From the IMG/VR virus record IMGVR_UViG_3300030108_003282, positions 30,927 to 94,926 of that record: a stretch of DNA of 64,000 nt. One strand, 5' to 3'. This document shows positions 46,449 to 56,217 of the stretch, piece after piece (position 1 is the stretch's first letter; every line of letters starts with the position of its first letter). The notes beneath the pieces were generated by a model. The model did no database searches and had not been told where the DNA came from. It worked only from the letters and a program-made list of their open reading frames with translations. This stretch comes from a virus. The position numbers and the translations under genes were made by a program.

Positions 46449-46925
46449 ATGGATGATACCACATGGGAAAGCCTCGTCATTGAGGTGAACGAATACCTAG
46501 AAGCCGACACTACGCTTGATGCAGGATTGCGTCAAGTTATTGAACTGAACCTGCAAATTGGGACAAACAACCCTAATGAGCGAACTGCCGCAGAAGGAGC
46601 ATTAAAGGCTCTTTTGAAGGGAAGAGACGGAACTCCATTCCGTCGAGGCCAAAAGAGCGCAGTTCCAGCCGCAGTTCGTGTTTCAATTGACCGAATCTGT
46701 GGAGTTGTTGAAGAAGCCGCATTAGGCTACTACAACCACGATGCAATTATTGGTGCAATTACCATGAAGCACATCAAATCTGGTGGCGGTGCTTTTGACA
46801 ACGGAGAAGAATACGCTTCTGCTGTTGTTAAGCGAACCAGAACCAATCTTGGCAAAATGTTCAAGAGTGGTTCTTGGGACGGTAGCGTTGATTCCCTCTT
46901 AGGAAACAACGAAACCACGCTTTGA
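46449..46925 (+). CDS. Distant member of paralog family 1
   Basis: FRRGQKSAVP, KSGGGAFDN and SWDGS align to A/E motifs. Confidence 0.75.
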   Translation: MDDTTWESLVIEVNEYLEADTTLDAGLRQVIELNLQIGTNNPNERTAAEGALKALLKGRDGTPFRRGQKSAVPAAVRVSIDRICGVVEEAALGYYNHDAIIGAITMKHIKSGGGAFDNGEEYASAVVKRTRTNLGKMFKSGSWDGSVDSLLGNNETTL

Positions 46926-47184
46926 GACTAAAACCTCAAAAAGCGACCAATCAGGTCTTTGACCTGAACAACGGGGATTTTGAGTCTAAGGACTCTTAAT
47001 CTGAATCATTAGGATTTATCCTGATGAATGCCGAATTGTGGGGGAATCTGTTCCCCTGCAATTCCCCCCTTTTCTTGGGGGTTGTCAGCCAAAATAAAAT
47101 TTGACGAGCAGTTCATGTCCTGTTCGGACATTCCTGTAAATGCAGGATTTGTCGCTGGCAACTCCCTCCCTTTGGGTTGATTTG

Positions 47185-47442
47185 ATGCGTTTAGTTGAAG
47201 AAGTTTATGTTAAGGCAAAAGAGGATTTAATTTGCCAATCTTGCGGTATTGACATACCAAAAGACAGTAATCATCTTCTTGAATCTTATGTTCATCATGG
47301 CGTTATTTCAACTAGTCATTATTGTCTCAATCCAAAATGCAACCCGCCCAATAATGTTCGTTTGAAGTTATTTTGGGGCAGTCTAGTCATAGGTTTTTCC
47401 CTGTGGCTAATCTACTATTTCTATCAAAACGCAGGGTTTTAG
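47185..47442 (+). CDS. Zn-finger membrane protein
   Basis: CQSC...HYCLNPKC plus C-terminal TM helix. Confidence 0.55.
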   Translation: MRLVEEVYVKAKEDLICQSCGIDIPKDSNHLLESYVHHGVISTSHYCLNPKCNPPNNVRLKLFWGSLVIGFSLWLIYYFYQNAGF

Positions 47443-47581
47443 ATTTGTTCGCCTGAGCAACCCCTGTCCTCCGACCATATACGCCCCCCGATGCGGAAGG
47501 TGTTCTTGAACAGTCGCAAAGCAGACTTATTTCACTTTTGTAAATAGAATTGCGTGGCTATTATTGAACAACAGTAAATAC

Positions 47582-47666
47582 GCTGGGATGGCTGAGCATG
47601 GTTAAAAGCGCAGGGCTTAAACTCCTGTCCTAAAATGGTTCGCAGGTTCAAATCCTGCTCCCAGCA
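47582..47666 (+). tRNA. tRNA-Leu(TAA)
   Basis: GCTGGGA/TCCCAGC acceptor; CAGGG-CTTAAAC-TCCTG anticodon arm; long variable arm; GGTTCAAATCC. Confidence 0.9.
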
Positions 47667-48043
47667 CTTATTTTAAATTCATGGAAGTTTGCAAAGTAAT
47701 AATCATTATAATATAGGGAAGATAGATACATTAGAAACTATGAAACCCCTCACCCCGACTAGAAGGGGCGTTGAATCGGTAATAAATTCAACAACGCAGG
47801 TAATAAGTCTATTTATCTTCTAACGAAGAAGGACTATTATACGAATGATTTCTTCCACCCACATGGGGAAAGTTGAGCAAGGGGGCTACTAATGAAGTAA
47901 ATGCCGAGCAATCGGCTCTGCTCCTTTCCCCGCCTTTTCACGAGGTTTATCCAATAATAACTGCAAAATGCTCAAATGGAGATAGTGGCCAAACACCATG
48001 AAGCAGTTTCCTCTCGCATTCAACATATTAATGAGGTAATAAT

Positions 48044-49471
48044 ATGAAACACACACATGAACAAATAGCAATCTTTGATTGCATAGAAAAAACAGATAAC
48101 CACCTAATTGTAAATGCAGGTGCAGGGACAGGAAAAACAACAACGATTGTTGAAGCGGCAAATCGTATCAATGGTCAAAAGGCTGCTTTTTTAGCGTTCA
48201 ATAAATCTATTGCTACTGAATTAGCAGAAAGACTTCCAACTGGTGTGGAAGCAAAAACATTCCATGCTTTCGGCTTCGCTGCGATTCGTGCGGCAGGAGT
48301 TAAAACGAAGGTAAACAATTTTAAGTTGAACAATATCATTAAAGAACTTTTAGGTGCTGATTATCACATCGCTCCACTTAAAAAATTAGTATCTTTGGTC
48401 AAAGGTAGCCGTATTAATCCTACTAATCGAGTTGCTATTGATTTCCTGATTGATGAATATAATATCAATTTTAACTCAGACCGTGAAGAAGAAATAGCGA
48501 TTCAAAGCATTCCTGCTATATTAACTATGTGTAAAACACAAACATATCACGTTGATTTTGATGATATGATTTGGATGCCCATTGTAAATGACTATCCTTT
48601 CCCAAAATACGATGTTTTGTTTGTTGATGAAGCACAGGATTTCAACGAGATTCAGCGTGAGATGATTTCTTTATCGGTGAATGGTGGTCGTTGCATCATT
48701 GTTGGTGATAAAAACCAAGCAATTTATGGATTCCGAGGTGCTGATTCAAACTCAATCGGTCTTTTTCGAGAACGACTCGAAGAAACAAGTCGAGAAATCA
48801 CCGAATTACCACTCTCCATTACATGGCGATGTCCAAATGCGGTTGTTAAGGAAGCCAATAGATATGTAAAGGAGTTTAGTGCGCCTGATTTTGCTATTGA
48901 TGGAACGGTTGTAGTAGATGCACCGTTTAATCCACAACGCAACGATATGGTTCTTTGTCGTTATAATGCTCCTTTAGTTGGAGCATTTTATGATTTGATT
49001 TCTCAGGGCAAATCGGCCTACATTCTCGGAAGAGACATGACAAAAGGTTTAATTAATGCCGTACACAAGATTACAAAGAACAACCACATGGGCATTGAAG
49101 AGTTTGAACAATTGTTTCAGCAAGACTTTACTTACAATTATAAGCGGCTACTTGATTTAGGAAAACAAAATCAGGCTATGGCTCTTGAAGATAAGGCTAA
49201 TTGTATTACAATCTTTATGAGGAAAGCAACAACTGTTGGTGGAATTATTGAAGAAATTAAGCGTGTTTTTGACGGAAAAGATGAAGGTGAAATTATGCTT
49301 TCGACTGTTCACAAGGCTAAAGGTCTTGAAGCAGATAATGTATATATTCTCGCAACTGATAGAATGCCACATCCTCTTGGAAACAAAGAAGAGAACAACA
49401 TTTGTTATGTAGCGATTACACGGGCCAAAAAGAATTTATTCTACTGTGGTCCAAAACCAGGTATTATTTGA
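48044..49471 (+). CDS. UvrD/Rep-family SF1 helicase
   Basis: AGAGTGKT, VDEAQD, VGDKNQAIYGFRGA, STVHKAKGLE, YVAITRAK. Confidence 0.95.
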   Translation: MKHTHEQIAIFDCIEKTDNHLIVNAGAGTGKTTTIVEAANRINGQKAAFLAFNKSIATELAERLPTGVEAKTFHAFGFAAIRAAGVKTKVNNFKLNNIIKELLGADYHIAPLKKLVSLVKGSRINPTNRVAIDFLIDEYNINFNSDREEEIAIQSIPAILTMCKTQTYHVDFDDMIWMPIVNDYPFPKYDVLFVDEAQDFNEIQREMISLSVNGGRCIIVGDKNQAIYGFRGADSNSIGLFRERLEETSREITELPLSITWRCPNAVVKEANRYVKEFSAPDFAIDGTVVVDAPFNPQRNDMVLCRYNAPLVGAFYDLISQGKSAYILGRDMTKGLINAVHKITKNNHMGIEEFEQLFQQDFTYNYKRLLDLGKQNQAMALEDKANCITIFMRKATTVGGIIEEIKRVFDGKDEGEIMLSTVHKAKGLEADNVYILATDRMPHPLGNKEENNICYVAITRAKKNLFYCGPKPGII

Positions 49472-49480
49472 GGTGATAAA

Positions 49481-49726
49481 ATGGAATACGAAGAATTTGA
49501 GAAGATAACTGAAATGTGGTCATACAATGATATGGTTGCATATATGATGGAAGATGACCGTTGGTGTGATGCGATTATTTGGTTTATCCGAGATAACTGG
49601 GAAGAGGCCGATAAAGATATTACACTTGATAATTTAAATGCCTTTGGTAAATCTAAGGGCTATCCAATTCAAACTAAATTAGAGTTTGATGCATGGAATG
49701 ATTTTAAAACAAAGGAAGATGAGTGA
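49481..49726 (+). CDS. Hypothetical protein
   Basis: GAGGTGA RBS. Confidence 0.65.
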   Translation: MEYEEFEKITEMWSYNDMVAYMMEDDRWCDAIIWFIRDNWEEADKDITLDNLNAFGKSKGYPIQTKLEFDAWNDFKTKEDE

Positions 49727-51032
49727 AATGGAAGCAATTGTGGCAAAGCGTGAACTTGGTAATGGCCGTTGGGATAAAGCCCTAAAGCGCAAAATGGTCG
49801 AATTGTCCGTTGCTGATAACTATGATGAAGCAAAAGAAGAATGGATTGCTACTGGTGAAGTTTGGTGGGCAGGAAACGAAGAAGTTCCTGATTGGGTCGC
49901 TAATTCACAAATGGGGCAAGGTAAGTGTCTTTGTGGACATATTGTAGTTTATCACTTTCAAATCACCAATACTGAAAATGGTGTTGTTGAATGTGTTGGT
50001 AGCGACCATATCAATACTTATCTAATTATGCGAGCAATTGCAGAAGATGAAGGTATTTCTGTTGATGCTATTACAGATGAAAAGATTCAAGCATGGATTG
50101 ATGTGCGAACAAAATCAATGAAAGCCGAAGCATGGTGGAAAGCCAACGGTGCTGGATTTGAAATGATGTTTGATTCAGTCAAAGAAATGGATTTATTCTA
50201 CAATGTTCGTGATACAAACAAAACCTATTATGACCCTGAAACTGAATGGTATGATACTGAAAAGGTTATCCGTAAGCGAGCAGATGGGCAATTTGGTTCT
50301 CCTGATTATAAGATGGCTTCTATCGTTTGGCGATGGAATCATCCCGATAATCCAAAAGCACAGATTAATACAACAGGTTATCCTAATGACAATCTAATGA
50401 AAGATTTGTCTTTGTTCTATGTAATGCAAGCCCAGTATTTGCCACGATTTAATGACGCAAAAGAAAAGCGAGCAAAGCGTATTGCTGATTTAGCAGAAAA
50501 GCAACGACTTGCAGAAGAAAGAAGGGAACGAAGGCGTTTAGAAGCAGAAGCAAGAGAAGCCGAGCGTTTGCGTATTTACAATCTTCCTGAAAATGTTGAG
50601 AAGCGTCGTCTTCAAGCAATTGAAGATGAAAAGCGTAGGCAAGAACAGATTCTTATTAATCAGAAACTACGACAAGAAAGAGAACAGCGTGAAAAAGCGA
50701 AAAAGATTGCTGAACAAATGAAGCAAGAAGAAACATTAACTTCAATCAATGATGACTTTGAAAATATGTGCGACTATTATGGCGTACCTGTGTTTGATGA
50801 ATCATTTGCTGGTAATGACTGGGAACGAGCCTTTCTGTCTAGTGTTAAAGAACAAATGCTTAAAGGCAAAGAAATGACTGATAGACAATTGTCTACTTTA
50901 CAAAGAGTTCTTGTAAAGGAAAAGGCAACTGAAAAACAAATTAATTACTTGTTAAGTCTTGGCTATGAAGGCCGAACAACTGGTTTGAATAAGATTCAAG
51001 CAAGTGAATTAATTAAACAACACATTCAATGA
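49719..51032 (+). CDS. Zn-binding/coiled-coil protein
   Basis: CLCGH...VGSDHI; C-terminal ATEKQINYL. Confidence 0.65.
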   Translation: MSEMEAIVAKRELGNGRWDKALKRKMVELSVADNYDEAKEEWIATGEVWWAGNEEVPDWVANSQMGQGKCLCGHIVVYHFQITNTENGVVECVGSDHINTYLIMRAIAEDEGISVDAITDEKIQAWIDVRTKSMKAEAWWKANGAGFEMMFDSVKEMDLFYNVRDTNKTYYDPETEWYDTEKVIRKRADGQFGSPDYKMASIVWRWNHPDNPKAQINTTGYPNDNLMKDLSLFYVMQAQYLPRFNDAKEKRAKRIADLAEKQRLAEERRERRRLEAEAREAERLRIYNLPENVEKRRLQAIEDEKRRQEQILINQKLRQEREQREKAKKIAEQMKQEETLTSINDDFENMCDYYGVPVFDESFAGNDWERAFLSSVKEQMLKGKEMTDRQLSTLQRVLVKEKATEKQINYLLSLGYEGRTTGLNKIQASELIKQHIQ

Positions 51033-51586
51033 AGGGTTAAACATGGGGTTTGCTTGTATGGGCCTCAATATCATGCCCTTATTGAAAAAGCAGGTTTAAA
51101 AGTAAAAATCATCAAATACTTGTCTACGCATAGATGGTTTTCCTGCACCCACTCACGGGGTTTTTCCAGTAAAAATGGTAATTCTACCTCACGGAATACT
51201 AGTTTCTCGCAGTTTACTAGGAGCCATTTTCCCCACTAAGAGGTGCTAATATGAAATTAATGAAAGATGTAATTCCAAGTCAGAATCACCGTCTATACAA
51301 AAAAGAGTTTTTACTCAGGAGTTGTTGGGCGGAAAATAATAGAAAAAGAATATTTAAACAATTAAGGAGTTTAGGTATGCCTCCTTATCAAGCATACCAA
51401 ATATCAATAAAAAGGATGTATGAAAATGAATGAAGAACGAAGAGAATGTTTGTATAAAATACTTGATTATGCTGCTAAAGCATTACAATACGAAGAAAGG
51501 AATGATTCACATTGGAAAATTTGTGTAAGCCTTCTTCGACATGAATTGGGAGTATTGAAGAATACATACGATGAGGAGGAATAAAT

Positions 51587-51871
51587 ATGAATATAGAAAA
51601 AGCAAAAGCAAACGTAGAAAGGCTATTAAGTGATAAATATGGCAGTGGTTCAATCAATGCGATGAAACAACTATTTGATGTTCTTACGAAGTGCGGTGTT
51701 GGTTATACTGCAAATCGTGAAGATAGAAAATCAGCAAATCATGGGCCATTTGATATACACAACCATGAGGCATTGATGACTGTTTTGACAGACCGTGAAA
51801 CAATTCGTGAATTGGTTCGTCGTTGGTATTATCGTCATGAAAACAAGGACTTTGATTGTAAAGAGGACTAA
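51587..51871 (+). CDS. Hypothetical protein
   Basis: GAGGAGG RBS. Confidence 0.6.
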   Translation: MNIEKAKANVERLLSDKYGSGSINAMKQLFDVLTKCGVGYTANREDRKSANHGPFDIHNHEALMTVLTDRETIRELVRRWYYRHENKDFDCKED

Positions 51872-51873
51872 TT

Positions 51874-52125
51874 ATGAAACTTAAATTTATGAATGTAGAA
51901 ATTGAGTATGGAAACATTATTCACAATGATGGGACAGTTAGTAAAACAACTATCACGCAATACCCTACTATGGAAACATTTAGAGAAGCACTAAAAGAAC
52001 GAAATAAGTTCTCAAATAACATCTTTGAAGCAAACATTAAAAACAAAACTATCTCCATTAAAGAATATGTCTCTTGTGAAGAAGTGTTTGATATGCATGA
52101 TTTATCTACGGAGGAAGAAGAATGA
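51874..52125 (+). CDS. Hypothetical protein
   Basis: ORF track. Confidence 0.55.
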   Translation: MKLKFMNVEIEYGNIIHNDGTVSKTTITQYPTMETFREALKERNKFSNNIFEANIKNKTISIKEYVSCEEVFDMHDLSTEEEE

Positions 52126-52282
52126 ATAGCCATGAAATAAGAGATAGCCTTAGAAAAGTAATGGACTTCTTGGAAGAAAATGAACAATATGGTGATGATT
52201 GGGGGTCAGAATTAACCGTTCTAACTTGGCTAATTAGCGAAGCAGATGAAATCGAACGCAACGCTGGAAAAAATCAGAGAGG

Positions 52283-52945
52283 ATGGAAGTAATGAATATC
52301 TTTGCATTATCACGAAATCCACAAGAATGTGCTGAACAAATGATTGATAAGCACATTATCAAAATGCCGACTGAAACCTGTCAAATGCTGCATACTAATA
52401 TTCTTTACATGCAATATGTTCAAGAACATGGTAAAGAACCGACTTTGCGTGAACTTAAGGCTTTTCACCTCGCCATCGAGTCAAAATTAATGAAGCCAGC
52501 CATGCTTAACCACCCCTCAACCGTTTGGGCGAGGCAATCTTTCAGTAATTTCATGTGGCTTTTTGAACATGGATTGGCTCTTTGTAATGAATACTCTTAT
52601 CGTTATGATAAAGAACATGGAACACATCAAAGAATACTTCAATGTAATTCTCATACTGATTTAGTTATTGATTTTCAATACAATGAAGATTCTTTGACAC
52701 CAGTATCTATTGCTATGGATAACCAGTATCGTATTCCTAATCCTTTGCCCGAACATAATTGGGATTATGTGATTGAATCCTACCGTCATTATTACCTTGA
52801 AGGCAAATGGGATATTGCTGAATGGAGGCAAAATAGGCGACCAGATTGGTTTCCTGCGAATCACTTCGCAAAAAAATACAATGTAGGGGTTCGTGCCTAC
52901 AATTCCCGAAACCCACGATATCCAAAACAACTAATGGAGGAATAG
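52283..52945 (+). CDS. Pyrimidine-dimer DNA glycosylase-like (DenV family)
   Basis: MNIF.L...DKH..KM..E..QML, HPST.WAR, LC.EY..RY...H. Confidence 0.75.
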   Translation: MEVMNIFALSRNPQECAEQMIDKHIIKMPTETCQMLHTNILYMQYVQEHGKEPTLRELKAFHLAIESKLMKPAMLNHPSTVWARQSFSNFMWLFEHGLALCNEYSYRYDKEHGTHQRILQCNSHTDLVIDFQYNEDSLTPVSIAMDNQYRIPNPLPEHNWDYVIESYRHYYLEGKWDIAEWRQNRRPDWFPANHFAKKYNVGVRAYNSRNPRYPKQLMEE

Positions 52946-53562
52946 AAATGAAAAAACCAAAACCACTAACTAACGAAGAAAGACTTAAATCAGAGATGAA
53001 TTTTATGGTTCATTTTGAAACGTTTGAAGAAATTGTAAAAGAACAATACAAAGAAGATATGTCAGAAGGACTACATAATCTGGACTTCTACTCTTGGCTA
53101 ATTTTCTTTGTTCATGCTCACTTTTATCAGGAGGAGGAATAAATATGGAAGAGCATTTAATAGAAGATATGTATGATGGAATTACTTGGAAAGAAGCAGC
53201 AAAAGAATATTACGATGAACACGGAAGCAACGAAGATTATGTTTTTGAATTCGTTGATAGCCTCGTTCCTATCTATTATGGCGATATTTCTCATGTAGCA
53301 TTTGGTTTAGGTTGTCTTAGCAAAAATGTAGAACAGACTGCCGTAGGCTATCCTTTGTACAAATATTTACAAATGCTTATATTTATTAAATATGAGAAGT
53401 TTTTCATGGAAGAATATCGTGCCATTTTGGAGGAAGAGGAATGATTGGATATATCATCGTTCTTAGCCTGTTAGCAGTATTTTTATACTGGCTTGGGGGA
53501 ATCCTTGTTGTTCCCTATGAACCCATTCAACAAGAAAGAATCAAACTAGAGGAGGAATAAAA

Positions 53563-53814
53563 ATGTATAGTGATTTTGAAAATAAAGTATTAGAATCTTT
53601 GCGTAAAGAATTTGGAAAAGTATATGAATCACTCGAAGAAGAAGTGGTTATGAGTAAAGCAGAATCAGCAAGAAAACTCTATGAATTGTCTGTCGAGAAG
53701 TTTCGCATAAATCAATCAGCACAAAATTATAATATGCTGATTCTTGGTATGATTACTTTACAGTATTGGAATCAAAAGAAAGTCCGTTTGTTTAATATCA
53801 CGGAGGATTTCTGA
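53563..53814 (+). CDS. Hypothetical protein
   Basis: GAGGAGG RBS. Confidence 0.55.
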   Translation: MYSDFENKVLESLRKEFGKVYESLEEEVVMSKAESARKLYELSVEKFRINQSAQNYNMLILGMITLQYWNQKKVRLFNITEDF

Positions 53815-54117
53815 ATGGAATGTAAGATTTGTAATGGAACAGGCTGGTATAAAGTGCCAAACCACCGTCTTGAGATAATGGAAAACGTTGAGTGTATGGA
53901 CTGTTTATTGAATGAACAGTTCAAAGACCACTTAAAAGAAGAATTAACTCGCTTGATGGTGAACACAAGCCCACAAAAACTTGCTCAAATTGTAGCACAG
54001 TTAGTTGTCAATTCGGTAGATAGGAACGAAAATGACGACATTCAACGAATTGAAGGCATCATTCATACGAAGAATGTAATCAATGCCCTTGCGCTTGCGG
54101 AAGCGTATTCACAATGA
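53815..54117 (+). CDS. Zn-finger protein
   Basis: CKICNGTG...CMDC. Confidence 0.6.
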   Translation: MECKICNGTGWYKVPNHRLEIMENVECMDCLLNEQFKDHLKEELTRLMVNTSPQKLAQIVAQLVVNSVDRNENDDIQRIEGIIHTKNVINALALAEAYSQ

Positions 54118-54129
54118 TAAATGGCTTAT

Positions 54130-54204
54130 GGGCATATGGTGTAATGGATAGCATTTTGGCCTTCTAAGCCGAAGATACGGGTTCGATTCCTGTTATGCCC
54201 GCCA
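54130..54204 (+). tRNA. tRNA-Arg(TCT) with encoded CCA
   Basis: GGGCATA/TATGCCC acceptor; TTGGC-CTTCTAA-GCCGA; GGTTCGATTCC. Confidence 0.92.
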
Positions 54205-54253
54205 TTTATCATTTATGACCAGCCTTGAGTTAGCGGGCCTCGATTTTGGGTTC

Positions 54254-54261
54254 TTTATATA
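54254..54261 (+). promoter_or_regulatory. TATA box
   Basis: GTTCTTTATATACCC upstream of 54318. Confidence 0.6.
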
Positions 54262-54317
54262 CCCTCGACCATATGTTATTTCAAGGCGCAACGGTAATCA
54301 ACAAATGAGGAATAAAA

Positions 54318-54686
54318 ATGTTTAGTGAAACAGAAACGATGCAAACTGTTGTTCTTAATGTTCTTTTGAATAACAATGAAGTATCATATGAAGAATTTAA
54401 AAATGCTTTAATACATGCGAGTCTGATTAAACCCACCGAAGAATCAATGATGAATACTATTCGTGCAATATTGATTTCTTTAAACAGATTCTTTTTAAAG
54501 CATCATGTTCAACTATATGCTGGTAGCAGTTATGGTTTTAAGAGAAAATATACTCCTACACAGGAAGCAATTGAATTTTGTCATATGCATTTAATAGAAG
54601 ATATGTATGATGAAGAAGGACAACACATTGGGCGATTCTTTCAACACCCAATTGTGCTAAGAGAAGAAAGGTTGGAATTAATATGA
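54318..54686 (+). CDS. Hypothetical protein
   Basis: ORF track; RBS. Confidence 0.6.
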   Translation: MFSETETMQTVVLNVLLNNNEVSYEEFKNALIHASLIKPTEESMMNTIRAILISLNRFFLKHHVQLYAGSSYGFKRKYTPTQEAIEFCHMHLIEDMYDEEGQHIGRFFQHPIVLREERLELI

Positions 54687-54916
54687 ATGTAGAATTTAGA
54701 ATTATTGATGCAGAAGATATGCCACCTATGGTCATATCACAGAATGAAAACGATGAACCAAAAGTGGTAATAAATACTCACCACCGTCTTTGGTTAAGTC
54801 TTAACCGAAGATTAATTGCAGGTATTGTTGATGCTCTACCTGAAAAACTAGATATGATTTTGAATGCATATCTTGAACAACAAAGAGCATTTGAGAAAAT
54901 GGACAGGGAGGAATAA
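54683..54916 (+). CDS. Hypothetical protein
   Basis: ORF track; coupled. Confidence 0.6.
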   Translation: MNVEFRIIDAEDMPPMVISQNENDEPKVVINTHHRLWLSLNRRLIAGIVDALPEKLDMILNAYLEQQRAFEKMDREE

Positions 54917-54918
54917 AT

Positions 54919-55371
54919 ATGGTAGGATTAACAAAAGAATGTACTTTATGTGGTGCTAGTTTTCAAACAAAAAGCCTAAAATCAGCAACATGGGAACGTA
55001 GATGCCATGAATGTCATGGTAGAATAAGACAAAGTGCGGCTGAGCGTCATGTGAAAAGAACTCAGAATAACCTCGAATCTTCTCTTCGTAGAGAAATAGA
55101 GAGTCTTGCTTTGAAAGTTTCCAATATTGATGTTTTGATTGGTGCGGAAGTTAGCAACTGTCTTCAAAATATGACAGGTACTGAGGTTTATGCCACTATT
55201 GAAGAATCCAATAATATTAGGATTAATAATCTTGAGACCAAAGTTCAAGAGACATTACTTGAACAAATTAACAAGATGAACGAAGAGAACAAAAAGTTCC
55301 AAAACAAAATTCAACTGCAATTAGTTGCGTTGAATAACAAAATAATTAAAATAATGAAGGAGATGAAATAA
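54919..55371 (+). CDS. Zn-finger/coiled-coil protein
   Basis: CTLC...CHEC. Confidence 0.6.
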   Translation: MVGLTKECTLCGASFQTKSLKSATWERRCHECHGRIRQSAAERHVKRTQNNLESSLRREIESLALKVSNIDVLIGAEVSNCLQNMTGTEVYATIEESNNIRINNLETKVQETLLEQINKMNEENKKFQNKIQLQLVALNNKIIKIMKEMK

Positions 55372-55481
55372 ATGTTAGGAAAACTGATTAAAATTGCAGC
55401 ATTAGGAACAATAGGACTAGCAACGGGCTTAGTAGGTCTTGGCTTACTTGCCGCCCTTGATGATGCCGATTACCCTTTGGA

Positions 55482-55506
55482 GTGATTTTTGCACTCCTTT
55501 ATATAC
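55482..55506 (+). promoter_or_regulatory. Promoter, copy 2 (drives Ubl)
   Basis: 24/25 identical to 46374..46398. Confidence 0.75.
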
Positions 55507-55543
55507 TTTGGAAGAGTAGAGAAAACACAACGGAGATGATACG

Positions 55544-55750
55544 ATGATTAAGTTAAGAATTATGAATGAAACAGGCCACACAGAAGTTATGCTCGCAGAT
55601 AGCGAAGTTATTGACCAAATTGACCGACACCCGACCCATTGGGTCTTTATTGATGGTGAAATGGTCGCAAGAGAACAAATCGCAGAAATTAATTGGGATT
55701 CTGTTCAATCGGTTGATTTGACCCCCGCTATTGTTGGAGGAAACTGTTGA
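55544..55750 (+). CDS. Ubiquitin-like (ThiS/MoaD/SAMP beta-grasp) protein
   Basis: 68 aa; VFIDGEMV and VDLTPAIVGG match the V.vNGe and v.i.p.v.GG signature; 2 residues after GG. Confidence 0.75.
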   Translation: MIKLRIMNETGHTEVMLADSEVIDQIDRHPTHWVFIDGEMVAREQIAEINWDSVQSVDLTPAIVGGNC

Positions 55751-55783
55751 GATTAATTCATTTCAATACTCTTCCAACAATTT

Positions 55784-55829
55784 AGGGGGTAGCGTGAGGT
55801 TTAATCCTCCTTACGCTATCCCCTTTTTT
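55784..55829 (+). terminator. Hairpin + T-run terminator
   Basis: AGGGGGTAGCGTGAGG...CCTTACGCTATCCCCT-TTTTT. Confidence 0.7.
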
Positions 55830-55831
55830 GG

Positions 55832-56215
55832 GTGATGACACCCGATTTGATAAATTTTATCAACCAAAATGGATTAAAAATAATGCTAGACCTCAAAGGA
55901 TGGAAATATTCCTCCGCTATTGAGATAAATGGTTTAGCGATTGTAAAACCCGACTTCTACCCAACCCGTCATGTCCTCGCTATGGGAAAGCGGGGCTACA
56001 TTTATTGCGACGGTCAGACTCGGATAGAATACGCAGGGCAAACATTTTCATCAACAGATGATTTGTTGAATACCTGCGGTGAAGATGCAATTTTGCATTT
56101 TAAGGACTGGGTATTCCTTGAAGAAAAAGAATGGGTGATAACTGATGGCACTCGTTGGTTAGCCTCTTTTTCTAATTTATCAGAACTACCTAAAAGAAGT
56201 AAATACAGGTGTTAA
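55832..56215 (+). CDS. Hypothetical protein
   Basis: ORF track. Confidence 0.5.
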   Translation: MMTPDLINFINQNGLKIMLDLKGWKYSSAIEINGLAIVKPDFYPTRHVLAMGKRGYIYCDGQTRIEYAGQTFSSTDDLLNTCGEDAILHFKDWVFLEEKEWVITDGTRWLASFSNLSELPKRSKYRC

Positions 56216-56217
56216 AT

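Noticed and set aside
54268-54276. Extra cassette site (ACCATATG)
   Set aside because: Incomplete core and no arms.
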